64,000 nucleotides of DNA, taken from positions 96,001-160,000 of the forward strand of contig CAWIIV010000007.1 in NCBI GenBank assembly GCA_963836205.1, given 5' to 3'. The notes beneath the pieces were generated by a model, which was given only the letters and a program-made list of their open reading frames with translations, ran no database searches and was not told the DNA's origin. This document shows, piece by piece, positions 47,429-60,086 of the stretch; the first letter of the stretch is position 1; each line of letters opens with the position of its first letter. The translations under genes were made by a program, and so were the position numbers. Origin of the DNA: an uncultured Acidimicrobiia bacterium. GTDB lineage: Bacteria > Actinomycetota > Acidimicrobiia > Acidimicrobiales > AC-14.

Positions 47429-48088
47429 TCAGATGAGGGCGGGCGCGGCGACGGCGGCGTCGTCGGCGGAGCGGGCGGCCAGGTGGCCCTCCAGCTTGCG
47501 CTTGACCCGTTGGAGGGCGTTGTCGATCGACTTCACCTGGCGGCCCAGGCGGTCGCCGATCTCCTGGTACGACCGTCCCTCGACGTAGAGGGCGAGCACG
47601 TCGACCTCCAGCTCCGACAGCGTCCGGGCCAGCGACGCCTGCATAGCAGCCAGGTCCTCCGACGACACCAGCTCGTCGGCCGGGTCGGGCACCTGGTGGT
47701 GGGGCAGCTCGTCGACCAGGGGCTCGCCGGGGTCGTCGACCAGGCGCAGGCCCCACAGGGAGATGTACTGGTTGAGGGGACGGTGCTTCTGGCGGGTGGC
47801 GGTCTTGATGGCGGTGTGGAGCTGGCGGGTGACGCACAGCTCGGCGAAGGCCCGGAACGACGCCTCCCGGTCGGGCCGGTAGTCGCGGACGGCCTTGAAC
47901 AGGCCGATCATCCCCTCCTGCTCCAGGTCGTCGGGACCGCCGCCGGCCATGAAGTACCCCCGGGCCCGGGCTTGGACGAAGCGCCGGTAGCGCTCGAGCA
48001 GCAGGTTGAGGGCGTCCTCCTCGCCGAGGTGGCAGCGGGCGACGAGGATGTCGTCGGGGACCTGCACGGTGCTGCGAAGGAAGGGCAA
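47429..48088 (-). CDS. sigH: RNA polymerase sigma factor of the Bacillus SigH (Spo0H) family
   Basis: YF.AGG..DDL.QEGMIGLFKAVRDY, SFRAFAELCVTRQ..TAIKTATRQKH.PLN.YIS, KSIDNALQRVKRKLE; GGAG then TTG at 48088. Confidence 0.88.
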   Translation of the reverse strand: MPFLRSTVQVPDDILVARCHLGEEDALNLLLERYRRFVQARARGYFMAGGGPDDLEQEGMIGLFKAVRDYRPDREASFRAFAELCVTRQLHTAIKTATRQKHRPLNQYISLWGLRLVDDPGEPLVDELPHHQVPDPADELVSSEDLAAMQASLARTLSELEVDVLALYVEGRSYQEIGDRLGRQVKSIDNALQRVKRKLEGHLAARSADDAAVAAPALI

Positions 48089-48209
48089 AGCGTGCTCCTG
48101 CGATGGTCCGACGCGTGGTGGGATGGCTGCTGTGCGCTGTGCGTGACGGCTGCTGTGCGTGACGATTGTCTGTCGCGGAGGTGAACATTTCAATGGCCGG
48201 AAGGGAAAT

Positions 48210-48964
48210 TCACCTCTCCGGCGGGCCACTTCGTAGAGGGCGAGGGTGCCGGCGGCGGCCACGTTGAGCGACGGGAGGGCGCCGGCCATGGGGATCGACG
48301 CCACCAGGTCGCACCGCTGGCGGACGAGGCGGGACAGGCCGTCGCCCTCGGAACCGACCACCAGCACCAACGGTTCGGTGGCCAGGTTGAGGTCGAACAG
48401 GCTGGCGTCGCCGTCGTCGGCCAGGCCCACCACCCAGCACCCCAGCTCCTTGGCCCGGGCCAGGGCCGCGGGCAGGCCGGGCACCACCGCAAGGGCGACG
48501 TGCTCCACCGCCCCCGCGGCGGCCTTGGTGACGGCCGGGGTCACGTGGGCCGACCGGCGCCGGGTGAGGATGGCGCCGGTCGCGCCGGCCCCATCGGCGC
48601 TGCGGAGAAGGGCTCCAAGGTTGCGAGGGTCGGTGACTCCGTCGAGGGCGAGGAGAAACGGCTTGGCCGCCGGGCCGTCGTCGGCGTCGTCGGGGTCGAG
48701 GCCGGGGCCGGGGTGGCAGAGGCGGTCGAAGTCGGCCTCGGGGACGGGCGCGGCGTGCGCCAGCACCCCTTGGGGGGACTCGGTGGCCGCCTCCCGGTCG
48801 AGGACGACCCGGGCCGTATGGCGGACGGGGACCCGCCGGCGCTCGGCCTCGGCCACGATCTGGTCGAGGATGGGGGCGCGATCGGCGCCCTCGGCCATCC
48901 ACACGTCGTAGACCTTGCGCCGACCGGCCCGCAGCAGCTCGGCCACCGCCTGGCGACCCTCCAC
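48210..48964 (-). CDS. rlmB: 23S rRNA (G2251-2'-O)-methyltransferase; as sequenced it reads through into sigH, start uncertain
   Basis: EGRQAV.E.L, LDGVTDPRNLGALLRSA, GSEGDGL, IPM.G..PSLNVA; out-of-frame TGA at 48210-48212 at the expected end. Confidence 0.88.
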
Positions 48965-49118
48965 CTGCTCACCGCCGAGGCCGTCGTGGCCCCGGTCGGC
49001 CGGTCGCGCGGCGCGAGGAGCGCGTTCGCCGGGGGGTCTGCTTCGGCCGGGGACGGGCTTGTTCCGCCGGGGCGGCGGGCGCCGCCCCGGGACCGGCGGG
49101 CTCGCTACGGGAGCGCCC

Positions 49119-49598
49119 TTACGGGAGGGCCTCGTCGAGCTTCTTCTCCGCCTCTTCCTCGCTGACGCTGAGGGCGAAGGTGAGCTCGGAGACCAGGATC
49201 TGGCGGGCCTTGGTGAGCATGCGCTTCTCGCCGGCGGAGAGTCCCTTGTCCTTCTCCCGGATGGACAGGTTCCGCACCACTTCGGCCACCTGGTAGATGT
49301 CGCCCGACTTCAGCTTCTCGACGTGGTTCTTGAAGCGCCGCGACCAGTTGGTGGGCATCCGCGCCTCCTTCTTGCGAAGGACGGCGAAGACCTCCTCGAC
49401 CTCCTCGTCGTTGATGACCTCCCGCAGGCCCACTTCCTCGGTGTTGTCGGCCGGCACCATGAGGGTGAGGTCGCCGTACGCCAGGCGCAGGACCAAGTAC
49501 TCCCGATCGGCGCCGAAGGCATCCCGACGCTCGCGTCGCTCGATGACCGCAGCCCCGTGATGGGGGTAAACGACCTTGTCACCTACGTCGAAGGGCAT
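49119..49598 (-). CDS. carD: CarD family transcriptional regulator
   Basis: FDVGDKVVYPHHGA, NWSRRFK, GLSAGEKRML.KARQILVSEL. Confidence 0.95.
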   Translation of the reverse strand: MPFDVGDKVVYPHHGAAVIERRERRDAFGADREYLVLRLAYGDLTLMVPADNTEEVGLREVINDEEVEEVFAVLRKKEARMPTNWSRRFKNHVEKLKSGDIYQVAEVVRNLSIREKDKGLSAGEKRMLTKARQILVSELTFALSVSEEEAEKKLDEALP

Positions 49599-49706
49599 AC
49601 GGCTCCCAGGGGGGAAAAGTGCTGGTGGGGACAACTCCAGAGTGCCAGGGAACGCGCCTGTACACCAACTGACCCGCTGATAGCGAGCCCGTGCTGATTA
49701 TTGGAC

Positions 49707-50780
49707 TCACCCATAGCGGTCGAGGACGCTGCTCTCGGCCAGGCGGGACAAGCCCTCCTGGATGGCCCGGGCCCGGCTCTCGCCCACGCCCTCGACCTCG
49801 TCGAGGTCGTCGACCGTGGCCCGCAGGATCTTGGGCAGGGTGCCGAAACGCTCGACGATGCGCTCGACGATGGCCTCCGGCAGGCGGGGGATCTTGTGCA
49901 GCAGCCGGTAGCCCTTGGGCTGGAGCCCGGCGTCGAGCTCGGCCTCGTTGCCCGACAGGTGGAGCACGGCGGTGACCGACTTGAGGTCGAGGAGGTCTTC
50001 GGTGGTGAGGTCGGCCAAGCCCTCCATGGCGTCGGCCAGGTGCCAGCCCTGGTCGGCGTGGAAGTAGTCCTTGATGACCAGGCGGCGGTCGTCCTCGACG
50101 CCACCCAGCAACTCCTCCAGCTGGAGGCGGATGAGGCGGCCGTCGGTGCCCAACTCGAGGATGTAGCCGTGGATCTCCTCCGCGATGCGCCGCACCATCT
50201 CCGTGCGCTGGAGGACGGTGACCACGTCGCGCACCGTCACCAGGTCCTCCACTTCGAGGGCGGACAGCGACCCCGACACCGCGTCGAGGCGGTTCTTGTA
50301 GCGCTCGAGAGTCTGTAATGCCTGGTTGGCCCGGCCGAGGAGGCGGGCGCTGGCATCCAGCGGGTGCTTGATGGTGCCGTGGTACACCGCGATCACCGAC
50401 ATGTCCTCGGACACCGAGATCACCGGCACGTGGATGGAGCGGGCCACCCGCTCGGCGGTGCGGTGGCGGGTACCCGTTTCGGACGTGGGCACGTTGGGAT
50501 TGGGGACGAGGTGGACGTTGGCCCGGGCGATGCGGCTGGCGTCGCCGGCGAGGATGATGGCGCCGTCCATCTTGGCCAGCTCGGACAGGCGCTGGGGGCT
50601 GAACTCGGCGTCGAGCAGGAAGCCGCCGGAGCATATGGCGAGCACCTCGGGACCGTCGCCGACGACGATCAGCGCCCCCCGGCTGCCCTGGAGGATGCGG
50701 TCGAGACCGTCGCGCAGTGGTGTCCCGGGCGCGACCATGGCCAGCGCGTCGATCACGGCGACGTCGCGCCGGATGGGCAC
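49707..50780 (-). CDS. disA: DNA integrity scanning diadenylate cyclase DisA
   Basis: APGTPLRDGL, ELAKMDGA, ETGTRHRTAER, C-terminal HhH VEGVG. Confidence 0.96.
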   Translation of the reverse strand: MPIRRDVAVIDALAMVAPGTPLRDGLDRILQGSRGALIVVGDGPEVLAICSGGFLLDAEFSPQRLSELAKMDGAIILAGDASRIARANVHLVPNPNVPTSETGTRHRTAERVARSIHVPVISVSEDMSVIAVYHGTIKHPLDASARLLGRANQALQTLERYKNRLDAVSGSLSALEVEDLVTVRDVVTVLQRTEMVRRIAEEIHGYILELGTDGRLIRLQLEELLGGVEDDRRLVIKDYFHADQGWHLADAMEGLADLTTEDLLDLKSVTAVLHLSGNEAELDAGLQPKGYRLLHKIPRLPEAIVERIVERFGTLPKILRATVDDLDEVEGVGESRARAIQEGLSRLAESSVLDRYG

Positions 50781-50816
50781 TATCGCGCCCCCGACCTTCG
50801 ACTCACGATCGCCATT

Positions 50817-52205
50817 CTACCTGCTCAGGCCCACCCGACCCATGGCCTCGGTGAGGGTGGCGGCCCGGATGGCCCGCACCCCAGGGGGTGGGTCGGGTGC
50901 CGACGCCGGCACCACCGCGGTGGTGAAGCCCAGCCGGGCCGCCTCCGCCAGCCGCCGGGGCGTCTGCCCGACCAGGCGCAGCTCGCCGCCGAGGCCGATC
51001 TCGCCACAGGCCACCAGGTCGCCGGGCAGGGGCTCGTTGTAGGCCGACGACGCCACCGCCAGGGCCAGGCCGAGGTCGGCCCCCGGCTCCACCACCCGGA
51101 CGCCACCCACGGCCAGGGCGAAGACGTCGGTGGTGGCCAGCTTGAGGTCGAGCTCGCGGTCGAGCACGGCCAGCAGCAGGGCCAGGCGACCGCCGTCGAC
51201 GCCCTGGGCCGAGCGCCGGGGGTTGGGGATGGTGGTGGGCGTGGCCGCCACCAGCGCCTGCAGCTCGACCAACAGCGGCCGTTGGCCGTCGAGGGTAGGG
51301 ACCACCACCGAGCCGGGGGTGCCGGGTCGGCGATCGGCCAGGAACAGGGCGCCGGCGTCGGGCACGCCCTCCAACCCGGTGCCCGTCATCTCGAACAGGC
51401 CCAGTTCGTTGCTCGACCCGAACCGGTGCTTGGTGGCCCGCAGCAGGCGCAGGGCGTGGTGGCGCTCGCCTTCGAAGGACAGGACGGTGTCGACCACGTG
51501 CTCGAGCACCCGGGGCCCGGCCAGGCCCCCGTCCTTGGTGACGTGGCCCACCAGCACGACGGCCAGGTTGCGCTCCTTGGCCACCCGCACCAGGCGGTGG
51601 GCGCACTCCCGGACCTGGGTGACGGTGCCGGGGGCGGACGACAGATCGGGGTCGAACACGGTCTGGATGGAGTCGATGACGACGATGGCCGGGGCCACCT
51701 CGTCGAGGGCGGTGAGGATGGCGGGCAGCTCGGTCTCGGACAGGAGCCACAGCCGGGGGTGGAGGGCACCGAGCCGCTCGGCCCGCAGGCGGACCTGCTG
51801 CGCCGACTCCTCGGCCGAGACGAGGAGGCCCCGGTGGGCGGCACCGGCCATCGCCGCCAGGGCCTGGAGGAGGAGGGTGGACTTGCCGATGCCCGGTTCG
51901 CCTCCGATGAGGGTGACCGACCCCGGCACGAGCCCGCCGCCGAGGACCCGGTCGAGCTCGGGGACGCCCGTGGGCGTTGGTCGCCAAGCGGCGATGTCGA
52001 CTTCGGAGATCGGCATGGCCGTGGCCGGCGGACCCACTCGCGGCGGCCGGGCCCGGGCCGCCCGGCCGAGGCCACCGGCAGCTTCGGGGGGGGCCGTTTC
52101 CTCGTGCAACGAGTTCCAGGCCCCGCACCCCGGGCACCGCCCCACCCACCTGGCCGCCTCCGCCCCGCAGCCGGCACACCGGTATGTCGTTCGCACCCGT
52201 CCCAT
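50817..52205 (-). CDS. radA: DNA repair protein RadA/Sms
   Basis: C4 Zn finger, GEPGIGKSTLLLQ, GHVTKDG.LAGP, KHRFG, GEIGLGGELR. Confidence 0.96.
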   Translation of the reverse strand: MGRVRTTYRCAGCGAEAARWVGRCPGCGAWNSLHEETAPPEAAGGLGRAARARPPRVGPPATAMPISEVDIAAWRPTPTGVPELDRVLGGGLVPGSVTLIGGEPGIGKSTLLLQALAAMAGAAHRGLLVSAEESAQQVRLRAERLGALHPRLWLLSETELPAILTALDEVAPAIVVIDSIQTVFDPDLSSAPGTVTQVRECAHRLVRVAKERNLAVVLVGHVTKDGGLAGPRVLEHVVDTVLSFEGERHHALRLLRATKHRFGSSNELGLFEMTGTGLEGVPDAGALFLADRRPGTPGSVVVPTLDGQRPLLVELQALVAATPTTIPNPRRSAQGVDGGRLALLLAVLDRELDLKLATTDVFALAVGGVRVVEPGADLGLALAVASSAYNEPLPGDLVACGEIGLGGELRLVGQTPRRLAEAARLGFTTAVVPASAPDPPPGVRAIRAATLTEAMGRVGLSR

Positions 52206-52437
52206 GCCGGCGCAACCTACCGAGGGGCTGCGACAGTTTCGGGGACCGGGTGCCTCCGCGGGTCGGTCTCGGCCAGGACGGGCGACCCGGGCGGGGCTCG
52301 TCCGGTGGGTCGGCCCGGTCGGCCCCTTCCTGGCGGGCGGCATCGCCCTGCACCTGGGCGCCGAGCGGCGCTGAGAGGTAGTCACGGAAGTCCACCGACC
52401 GCCGCTCCCTGCGCCGAACCGGGGACAGCCCGCGCCA

Positions 52438-52615
52438 CGACCTCGAACCGGTGACGGATCTGGTGGCCAGGACCACCGAATTCGTCACCGGTTGGCGGGC
52501 CGACCTCGAACCGGTGACGGATCTGGTGGCCAGGACCACCGAATTCGTCACCGGTTGGCGGGCCGACCTCGAACCGGTGACGGATCTGGTGGCCAGGACC
52601 ACCGAATTCGTCACC
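52438..52615. repeat. 63-bp tandem repeat (~2.8 copies), each unit a long hairpin (REP/BIME-like)
   Basis: Units start at 52438, 52501, 52564; AACCGGTGACG...GGTGG-CCAGGA-CCACC...CGTCACCGGTT. Confidence 0.93.
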
Positions 52616-52623
52616 AGGTGGCG

Positions 52624-53312
52624 TCATGTGAGTGCCTCCAGGCCGGCGGCGCGGGGGACCAGGAGGCCGAGGGCGAGGCAGGCGGGGCAGCAGGCCTCGG
52701 CCGCGGCCTGGGGGCCCTTCCGTCGGCCCCGCTTGCGGATCCACAGGGCGAAGCCGGCGAGGGCCACGAGGGCCAGCACCGCCACCGCCGGCCCTTTGGC
52801 CGACTCGATCCGTTGCGGGCCACCGGCCCGAGGAGGTAGCCGAGGACCAGGTGGAGCTGGAGGAACACGCTGCTCCCCACCACGAGGGCGGGCAGGGCCC
52901 GGGCGACGGATATGCCCGAGCTCCCCGTGGCCAGCACCGTCAAGGTGCGCAGGCCGGGGGTGGCCCGGCCGACGGCAAGGGCGCCCCGACCCTTGCGCTC
53001 GACCAGCGCCGTTGCCTTCGCCAGCCGCTCGGCGGTGAGGCCGAGACGGGGGCCGAGGCGGCCGATCACGGCCCGTCCCGGACCCCGGCAGGCGAGGAGA
53101 AGGGCGCCGGTGCCTACGACCGCGACCACTTCGAGGAGCAGGACGGCGGCCCACAGGGGAAACGTCCCCGCCGCAGTGCGCTCGCCGAGGACGAGCACGA
53201 CCAGGTCGGACGGGATGGGGATAGGGACACCCGCTTCCATCGCCACCAGGAGCACGCCCAGTCCGGGCAGGCCGAGACCCGCGCCCGCCCCCGCCCCCGC
53301 CTCGGTGGCCAC
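52624..53312 (-). CDS. DedA/VTT family membrane protein (apparent frameshift near 52815)
   Basis: EAGVPIPIPSD, GRATPGLRT, LGYLLG; C-terminal TM continues in another frame to stop at 52624. Confidence 0.78.
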
Positions 53313-53346
53313 CGCGACCCCCCGGTGCACCGGCGCCGGCGAGGCC

Positions 53347-53541
53347 TTAGCGGCGGACGGCGGCCAGCAGGCGGTCGCTGGTGGCGGTGATCTCCTCGAC
53401 GGCCCGTTCGAAGGCCTCCTGGTTGGCCTTCGACGGCTGGCGGAAGCCGCTGATCTTGCGCACGAACTGAAGGGCGGCGGCCTGCACCTCCTCGGGGGTG
53501 ACCGTCTCCTGGGTCCGCAGGGTCTTGATGCTCCGGCACAT
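53347..53541 (-). CDS. DUF2277 family protein
   Basis: MCRSIKTLR...AAALQFVRKISGF..PS.AN..AF. Confidence 0.88.
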   Translation of the reverse strand: MCRSIKTLRTQETVTPEEVQAAALQFVRKISGFRQPSKANQEAFERAVEEITATSDRLLAAVRR

Positions 53542-53551
53542 GGTGCCGAAA

Positions 53552-54347
53552 CTACCGCCGCGACCGCCGCTTTCGCCGACGGACCCGCGCCCGGAGCGCG
53601 ACCGCCGTCAGTCCGGCTGCCACCAGCACCAGGGCGAGGACGCCGTAGACCAGGGGTCCGAGCCGGCGGAGGTCGCCGGTGGCGGCGAGCTCGAGCCGCT
53701 CCCCTGGTGTCGGCCGCCAGACGGCCCGGCCATTCTCGACCGTGGCGGTAGCGGAGCCGGTGGTCGCCTCGACGTTCCCCGGCAGCTTGGCCGACACCTC
53801 CACCCGCACCCGTTCGCCGAGGGCGTCGCCGAAACGACGCTGGAGGCCGTCGACGTCGAGGCCGAGGTCGAAGTCTCCCAGCGCGGCCTGGAGGTCGGCG
53901 TCGCTCAGCCCGGCCAGGCCGGCGGTGAGGTCGACCACGCCGGTGAACGACGTCCGGGTGTCGCAGCAACGACCGTTCCCGGGTCACCCGGAAGTCCCGG
54001 AAGGGCCCGTTCGGACCGCTCAGCTCGGCCGCCACCACCGCCGCCTCGTCGGGGTCGTCGAAGCCCTTCGCGGCCCGCACCCACGTGAGCCCGTCGTCCT
54101 CCTTGGCCGGGCCCTCCACCTCCCAGCCGGCGGCGCGCAGGTCGTCGACCCGCAGGGCACCGCCCAGGTCGCCGAGCTCGGCCAGGGCCTCGTCGTCGAA
54201 GCCGACCGCCGCGTGCACCGTGCCCGACCCGCCGGCCCGCAGGTCGATCCCCGCCGAGAGCGTGACCTGGCATCCGGTGGCGACCAAGGCCAGGGCCATG
54301 ACGGCCACGACGACGACGGCCCGCCGCGACGACACCCACCAGGCCAT
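53552..54347 (-). CDS. LppM-like lipoprotein with C-terminal membrane anchor (apparent frameshift near 53965)
   Basis: Lipobox ATGC, 'GSGTV', later 'LPGNV...W' and TM plus basic tail in a second frame. Confidence 0.65.
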
Positions 54348-54546
54348 CCGTCGACCGTACTGGCGCCCCACCCGGGCAGGGTCCCACCCCGGTCGACGGG
54401 TCTACTGCCCTGGTCGCATGCTGTCGGACCGGTTGGGGTCCGGCGCCGTTGCCCGAACCGTGACCCGTGCGCCAAGCGGCCCGAGGCCAACTGGTGACGG
54501 AAAGGGTCGCCTGGCGCCCGAAACCGTCGCCGGTGCGCCGGTGGGG

Positions 54547-55758
54547 TCAGGTCCCGGGCACGGCCAGGTCGATCCGGACCTCGGGGAAGTTGCCCCGCAG
54601 GACAAGGGTCGCGGGCTGCCCGGCGGCGTATGACAGCTCCCGGTTGACGCGTTCGCCCGGCGCCAGGTTGGAATCGATGTCGGCGCCGCCCCGGAAGTTC
54701 ACCACCCGGTCGCCCCGGCGGACACCGATGCCGGCGTCGTGGCCGAGCGTCTTGTTGAGGTCGAAGCCCACGTCGCCCGTCCCCGGTCCGGCGCCCTCCG
54801 CCTCCAGGATCTGAGAGGTGGCGTGGCCGACGTTGGTCCACTCCACCTTGAGCAGGCGGTTGCGGTCGAAGAAGCCGGGCGCCACCGAGTACGACCGGGC
54901 CTCGAGGACGGTGTCGGCCACCGGCCACACGTCGACCCATGCCTGGCGCGCCCCTTCGACCCGGGCCGAGAGCGCCCAGTCGTCGCCGTCGAAGGTGGCG
55001 GTGGCATCGACCTGGGCCCCCTCCACGGCCACGACGATGCCGTCCCACGACCGCCCGTCGGCCTCGACCCGACCGGTTCCGGCCACCGCCGCCTCTCCGT
55101 CGCCCGAGCCCCGCACCGCCATCCCCTCGGTTGCCTCCACGGTGGCGACCGCCCGGCCGTCGTCGTCCCCCTGCTGGGCGGACGCGACGACCACGACCGT
55201 CCCCGCGGGGAGGACGAGCTCCTCCACCCGGGTGCCGTCGGCCGCCAGGAAGTCGCCGTGGACGGTCGCGGAGCCCCCCGCGGCCACCAACACGTCGGTG
55301 AGGAGGACCTGCGCGGTCACGCTCCGGCCGTCGGCGCTGACCGAGTGTGTCCCGTCGTTGTCCGGTGAGGCCGTGGCGACGATCGGCAGGTCGCCCCCGG
55401 CGGCGAAGCGGAAGGGTGCCTGCGGGTACCACTGCCCACCGCCGGGCAGCACCAGCGACCGCCCCGCGGTCGGCTCCTCGGAACTGGCGCCCAGGCTCAC
55501 GCGAGCCCGCCCGAGGGCGCCGGCGATGGTTCCGCCCGTGGTGAGCGTCATGCGGGGCCCGGTGCCGTCCACCGACGCCGACCACGGCCCCGACGGCGTC
55601 ACCCGCGCCGGCCACGGCCGGGCGAGCACGGTGTCCGCCATCCCGTCGACCAAGCCGACGCGGTGCCCCGAGTCGCAGCCGCCGGCGAGGAGCGCGAGGG
55701 CGACCAGGGCGGCCGACGACCCGACCCACCGGCGCGACGAAGGCCCCGGAGTTCTCAC
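54547..55758 (-). CDS. Hypothetical lipoprotein (start uncertain)
   Basis: Hydrophobic signal ending AGGC; beta-rich body; host-like codon usage. Confidence 0.65.
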   Translation of the reverse strand: MRTPGPSSRRWVGSSAALVALALLAGGCDSGHRVGLVDGMADTVLARPWPARVTPSGPWSASVDGTGPRMTLTTGGTIAGALGRARVSLGASSEEPTAGRSLVLPGGGQWYPQAPFRFAAGGDLPIVATASPDNDGTHSVSADGRSVTAQVLLTDVLVAAGGSATVHGDFLAADGTRVEELVLPAGTVVVVASAQQGDDDGRAVATVEATEGMAVRGSGDGEAAVAGTGRVEADGRSWDGIVVAVEGAQVDATATFDGDDWALSARVEGARQAWVDVWPVADTVLEARSYSVAPGFFDRNRLLKVEWTNVGHATSQILEAEGAGPGTGDVGFDLNKTLGHDAGIGVRRGDRVVNFRGGADIDSNLAPGERVNRELSYAAGQPATLVLRGNFPEVRIDLAVPGT

Positions 55759-55798
55759 CCCGGAGCCTTCGGCAGAACGACTTGACGAGTTGAGTGGA

Positions 55799-58288
<2,490 letters not shown>

Positions 58289-58457
58289 GGTGAACCCCCT
58301 CCCGGGGACAGCGGGCTCCTGATTAGGAAGTCTATAGGCGAGCGTCCGACAAGCGGTACCGGAACGTCGGTGCCGGTGCCCGTGGTTCCTTCACCAACCC
58401 CACGGAAACCATCCCGATTCCGGCCCACCTCCGCTCCAGTTCCCTGCGAGGCTCGCC

Positions 58458-59477
58458 GTGGCGTACCGTCGGGGCGTGGTGAGCCCCGCGCCGCTGCTGC
58501 TGGTACCCGGCCTCGAAGACGACCTCCAGCGCGTCGAGAAGGCCATGGTCGACAGCGTCAAAGCGGGGGATCCGTTCCTCACCGAGGTCGCCAGCCACCT
58601 CATCACCGCCGGTGGGAAGCGGTTGCGGCCGGCGCTGGCGGTGGCCGTGGGCCGGCTGGCGCCCGGGTGCGACGGGTCGGTGAGCGACGACGTGATCATG
58701 GGCGGGGTCGCGGTCGAGCTGGTCCACCTCGGGTCGCTCTACCACGACGACGTCATGGACGAGGCCCGCACCCGGCGCAACGTGGAGTCGGTGAACGCCC
58801 GTTGGGGCAACCTCGTCGCCATCCTCGCCGGCGACTTCCTCCTGGCCCGGGCGTCGGAGATCGCGGCGTCGCTGGGCACCGAGGTGGCCGGGCTGCTGGC
58901 CGCAACCATCGGCCGGCTGTGCGAGGGCCAGGTCCGGGAGCTGGCCCAGACCTTCGACGTGAGCCGCAGCGAGGAGTCGTACCTGGCGTCGATCGCGGGC
59001 AAGACGGCGTCGCTCATGTCCACCGCCTGCCGGATCGGGGCGTTGACGTCGGGATTCTCGCGGGACGGGGTGGAGGGGTTCACCGCCTTCGGCCAGCAGG
59101 TGGGGATGGTGTTCCAGATCGTCGACGACATCCTCGACGTGGTCGCCACCGACGAGGAGCTGGGCAAGCCCGCGGGCAAGGACATGATGGAGGGCGTCTA
59201 CACGCTCCCTGTGATCCGGGCGCTGGCGTCGGAGTCCAACGAGGCGCTGCGCAAGCTGCTGGGAAATCCCCTGAGCGTGGGCGAGGTCGACCAGGCCCGT
59301 GAGTTGGTGAGGGGGAACGGGGCGGTCACGGCCGCCATCGGGGTGGCCCGGGGCTACGCGGCCCAGGCGTCGGCCGCGTTCGACACGGTCGCGGGGGCCG
59401 GGGTCGGCGGCGAGGGCCCGGTGGCCGCCGCCCTCCGGTCGCTGGGCGACGACCTCATCGAGAACCTGCCCCGGTAG
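58458..59477 (+). CDS. Polyprenyl diphosphate synthase (HepT/IspB-like)
   Basis: GGKRLRP, LYHDDVMD, RR, GKTA, FQIVDDILD, GKPAGKD. Confidence 0.92.
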   Translation: MAYRRGVVSPAPLLLVPGLEDDLQRVEKAMVDSVKAGDPFLTEVASHLITAGGKRLRPALAVAVGRLAPGCDGSVSDDVIMGGVAVELVHLGSLYHDDVMDEARTRRNVESVNARWGNLVAILAGDFLLARASEIAASLGTEVAGLLAATIGRLCEGQVRELAQTFDVSRSEESYLASIAGKTASLMSTACRIGALTSGFSRDGVEGFTAFGQQVGMVFQIVDDILDVVATDEELGKPAGKDMMEGVYTLPVIRALASESNEALRKLLGNPLSVGEVDQARELVRGNGAVTAAIGVARGYAAQASAAFDTVAGAGVGGEGPVAAALRSLGDDLIENLPR

Positions 59478-59507
59478 CTGTCAGAGGCCCCCGGTAACCT
59501 GGGTCGC

Positions 59508-60060
59508 ATGGCGATCCAAACTCGACTGAGCATCGAGGAGTTCCTTGGCGGCGACTGGCCGCCTGGCGCGCAGCTCATCGACGGCGAGGTCATCGTGAAC
59601 GACCCGACACGGATGCATCAGGAGATCGCGAAGCGCATCATCGTCGCGCTGGAGCTCTGGACTCGTACCGGCTCGGATCGGGGCCGCGTGGGGTTCGGCG
59701 GCAACTGGACGGTCGCGCCGGGCCAGGTGTTCAAGCCTGATGTCTGGTGGGTGCCGCACGATCGGCCGCTCGACCTCGATGCCGTCCGTGACGACGTCCC
59801 GCCCACGTTGGTGGTTGAGGTTCGCTCGCCGGGCACGTGGCGGTTCGACGTCGGGCGCAAGCGCGACGTGTACGAACAGGTAGGCGTCCGGGAGCTGTGG
59901 CTGGTCGACATGCCGGCGAAAGAGCGTGATCGTGTTCCGGCGTAGCACGGTCGAGAGCGCCGACTTCGACGTCGATGCCGAGGTCGGGCCGGGCGAGACG
60001 CTCACCTCGCGCCTACGGGCGGGCTTCGAGCTCTCCGTCGACGGCCTGTTCGCAGACTGA
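59508..60060 (+). CDS. Uma2 family endonuclease (apparent frameshift near 59920)
   Basis: QLIDG, H, PDV, LVVEVRSP, K..VY...GVRELWLVD; C-terminus SVIVFRR...LTS....GFELSVDGLF* is in another frame. Confidence 0.82.
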
Positions 60061-60086
60061 CCGTCCCTGGGTAGAAGGGTCGGCGG

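Noticed and set aside
47429-48964. Genuine RlmB-SigH fusion protein (511-aa ORF)
   Set aside because: The linker looks non-coding, sigH has its own RBS and TTG, and a TGA sits one base out of frame at the normal RlmB end; likely an indel artefact
52438-52615. CRISPR array
   Set aside because: Units, including the would-be spacers, are identical; no cas genes nearby
52611-54371. 586-aa single ORF
   Set aside because: Chimera of the lipoprotein 5' part, an alternate frame over DUF2277 and the DedA gene, produced by frameshifts
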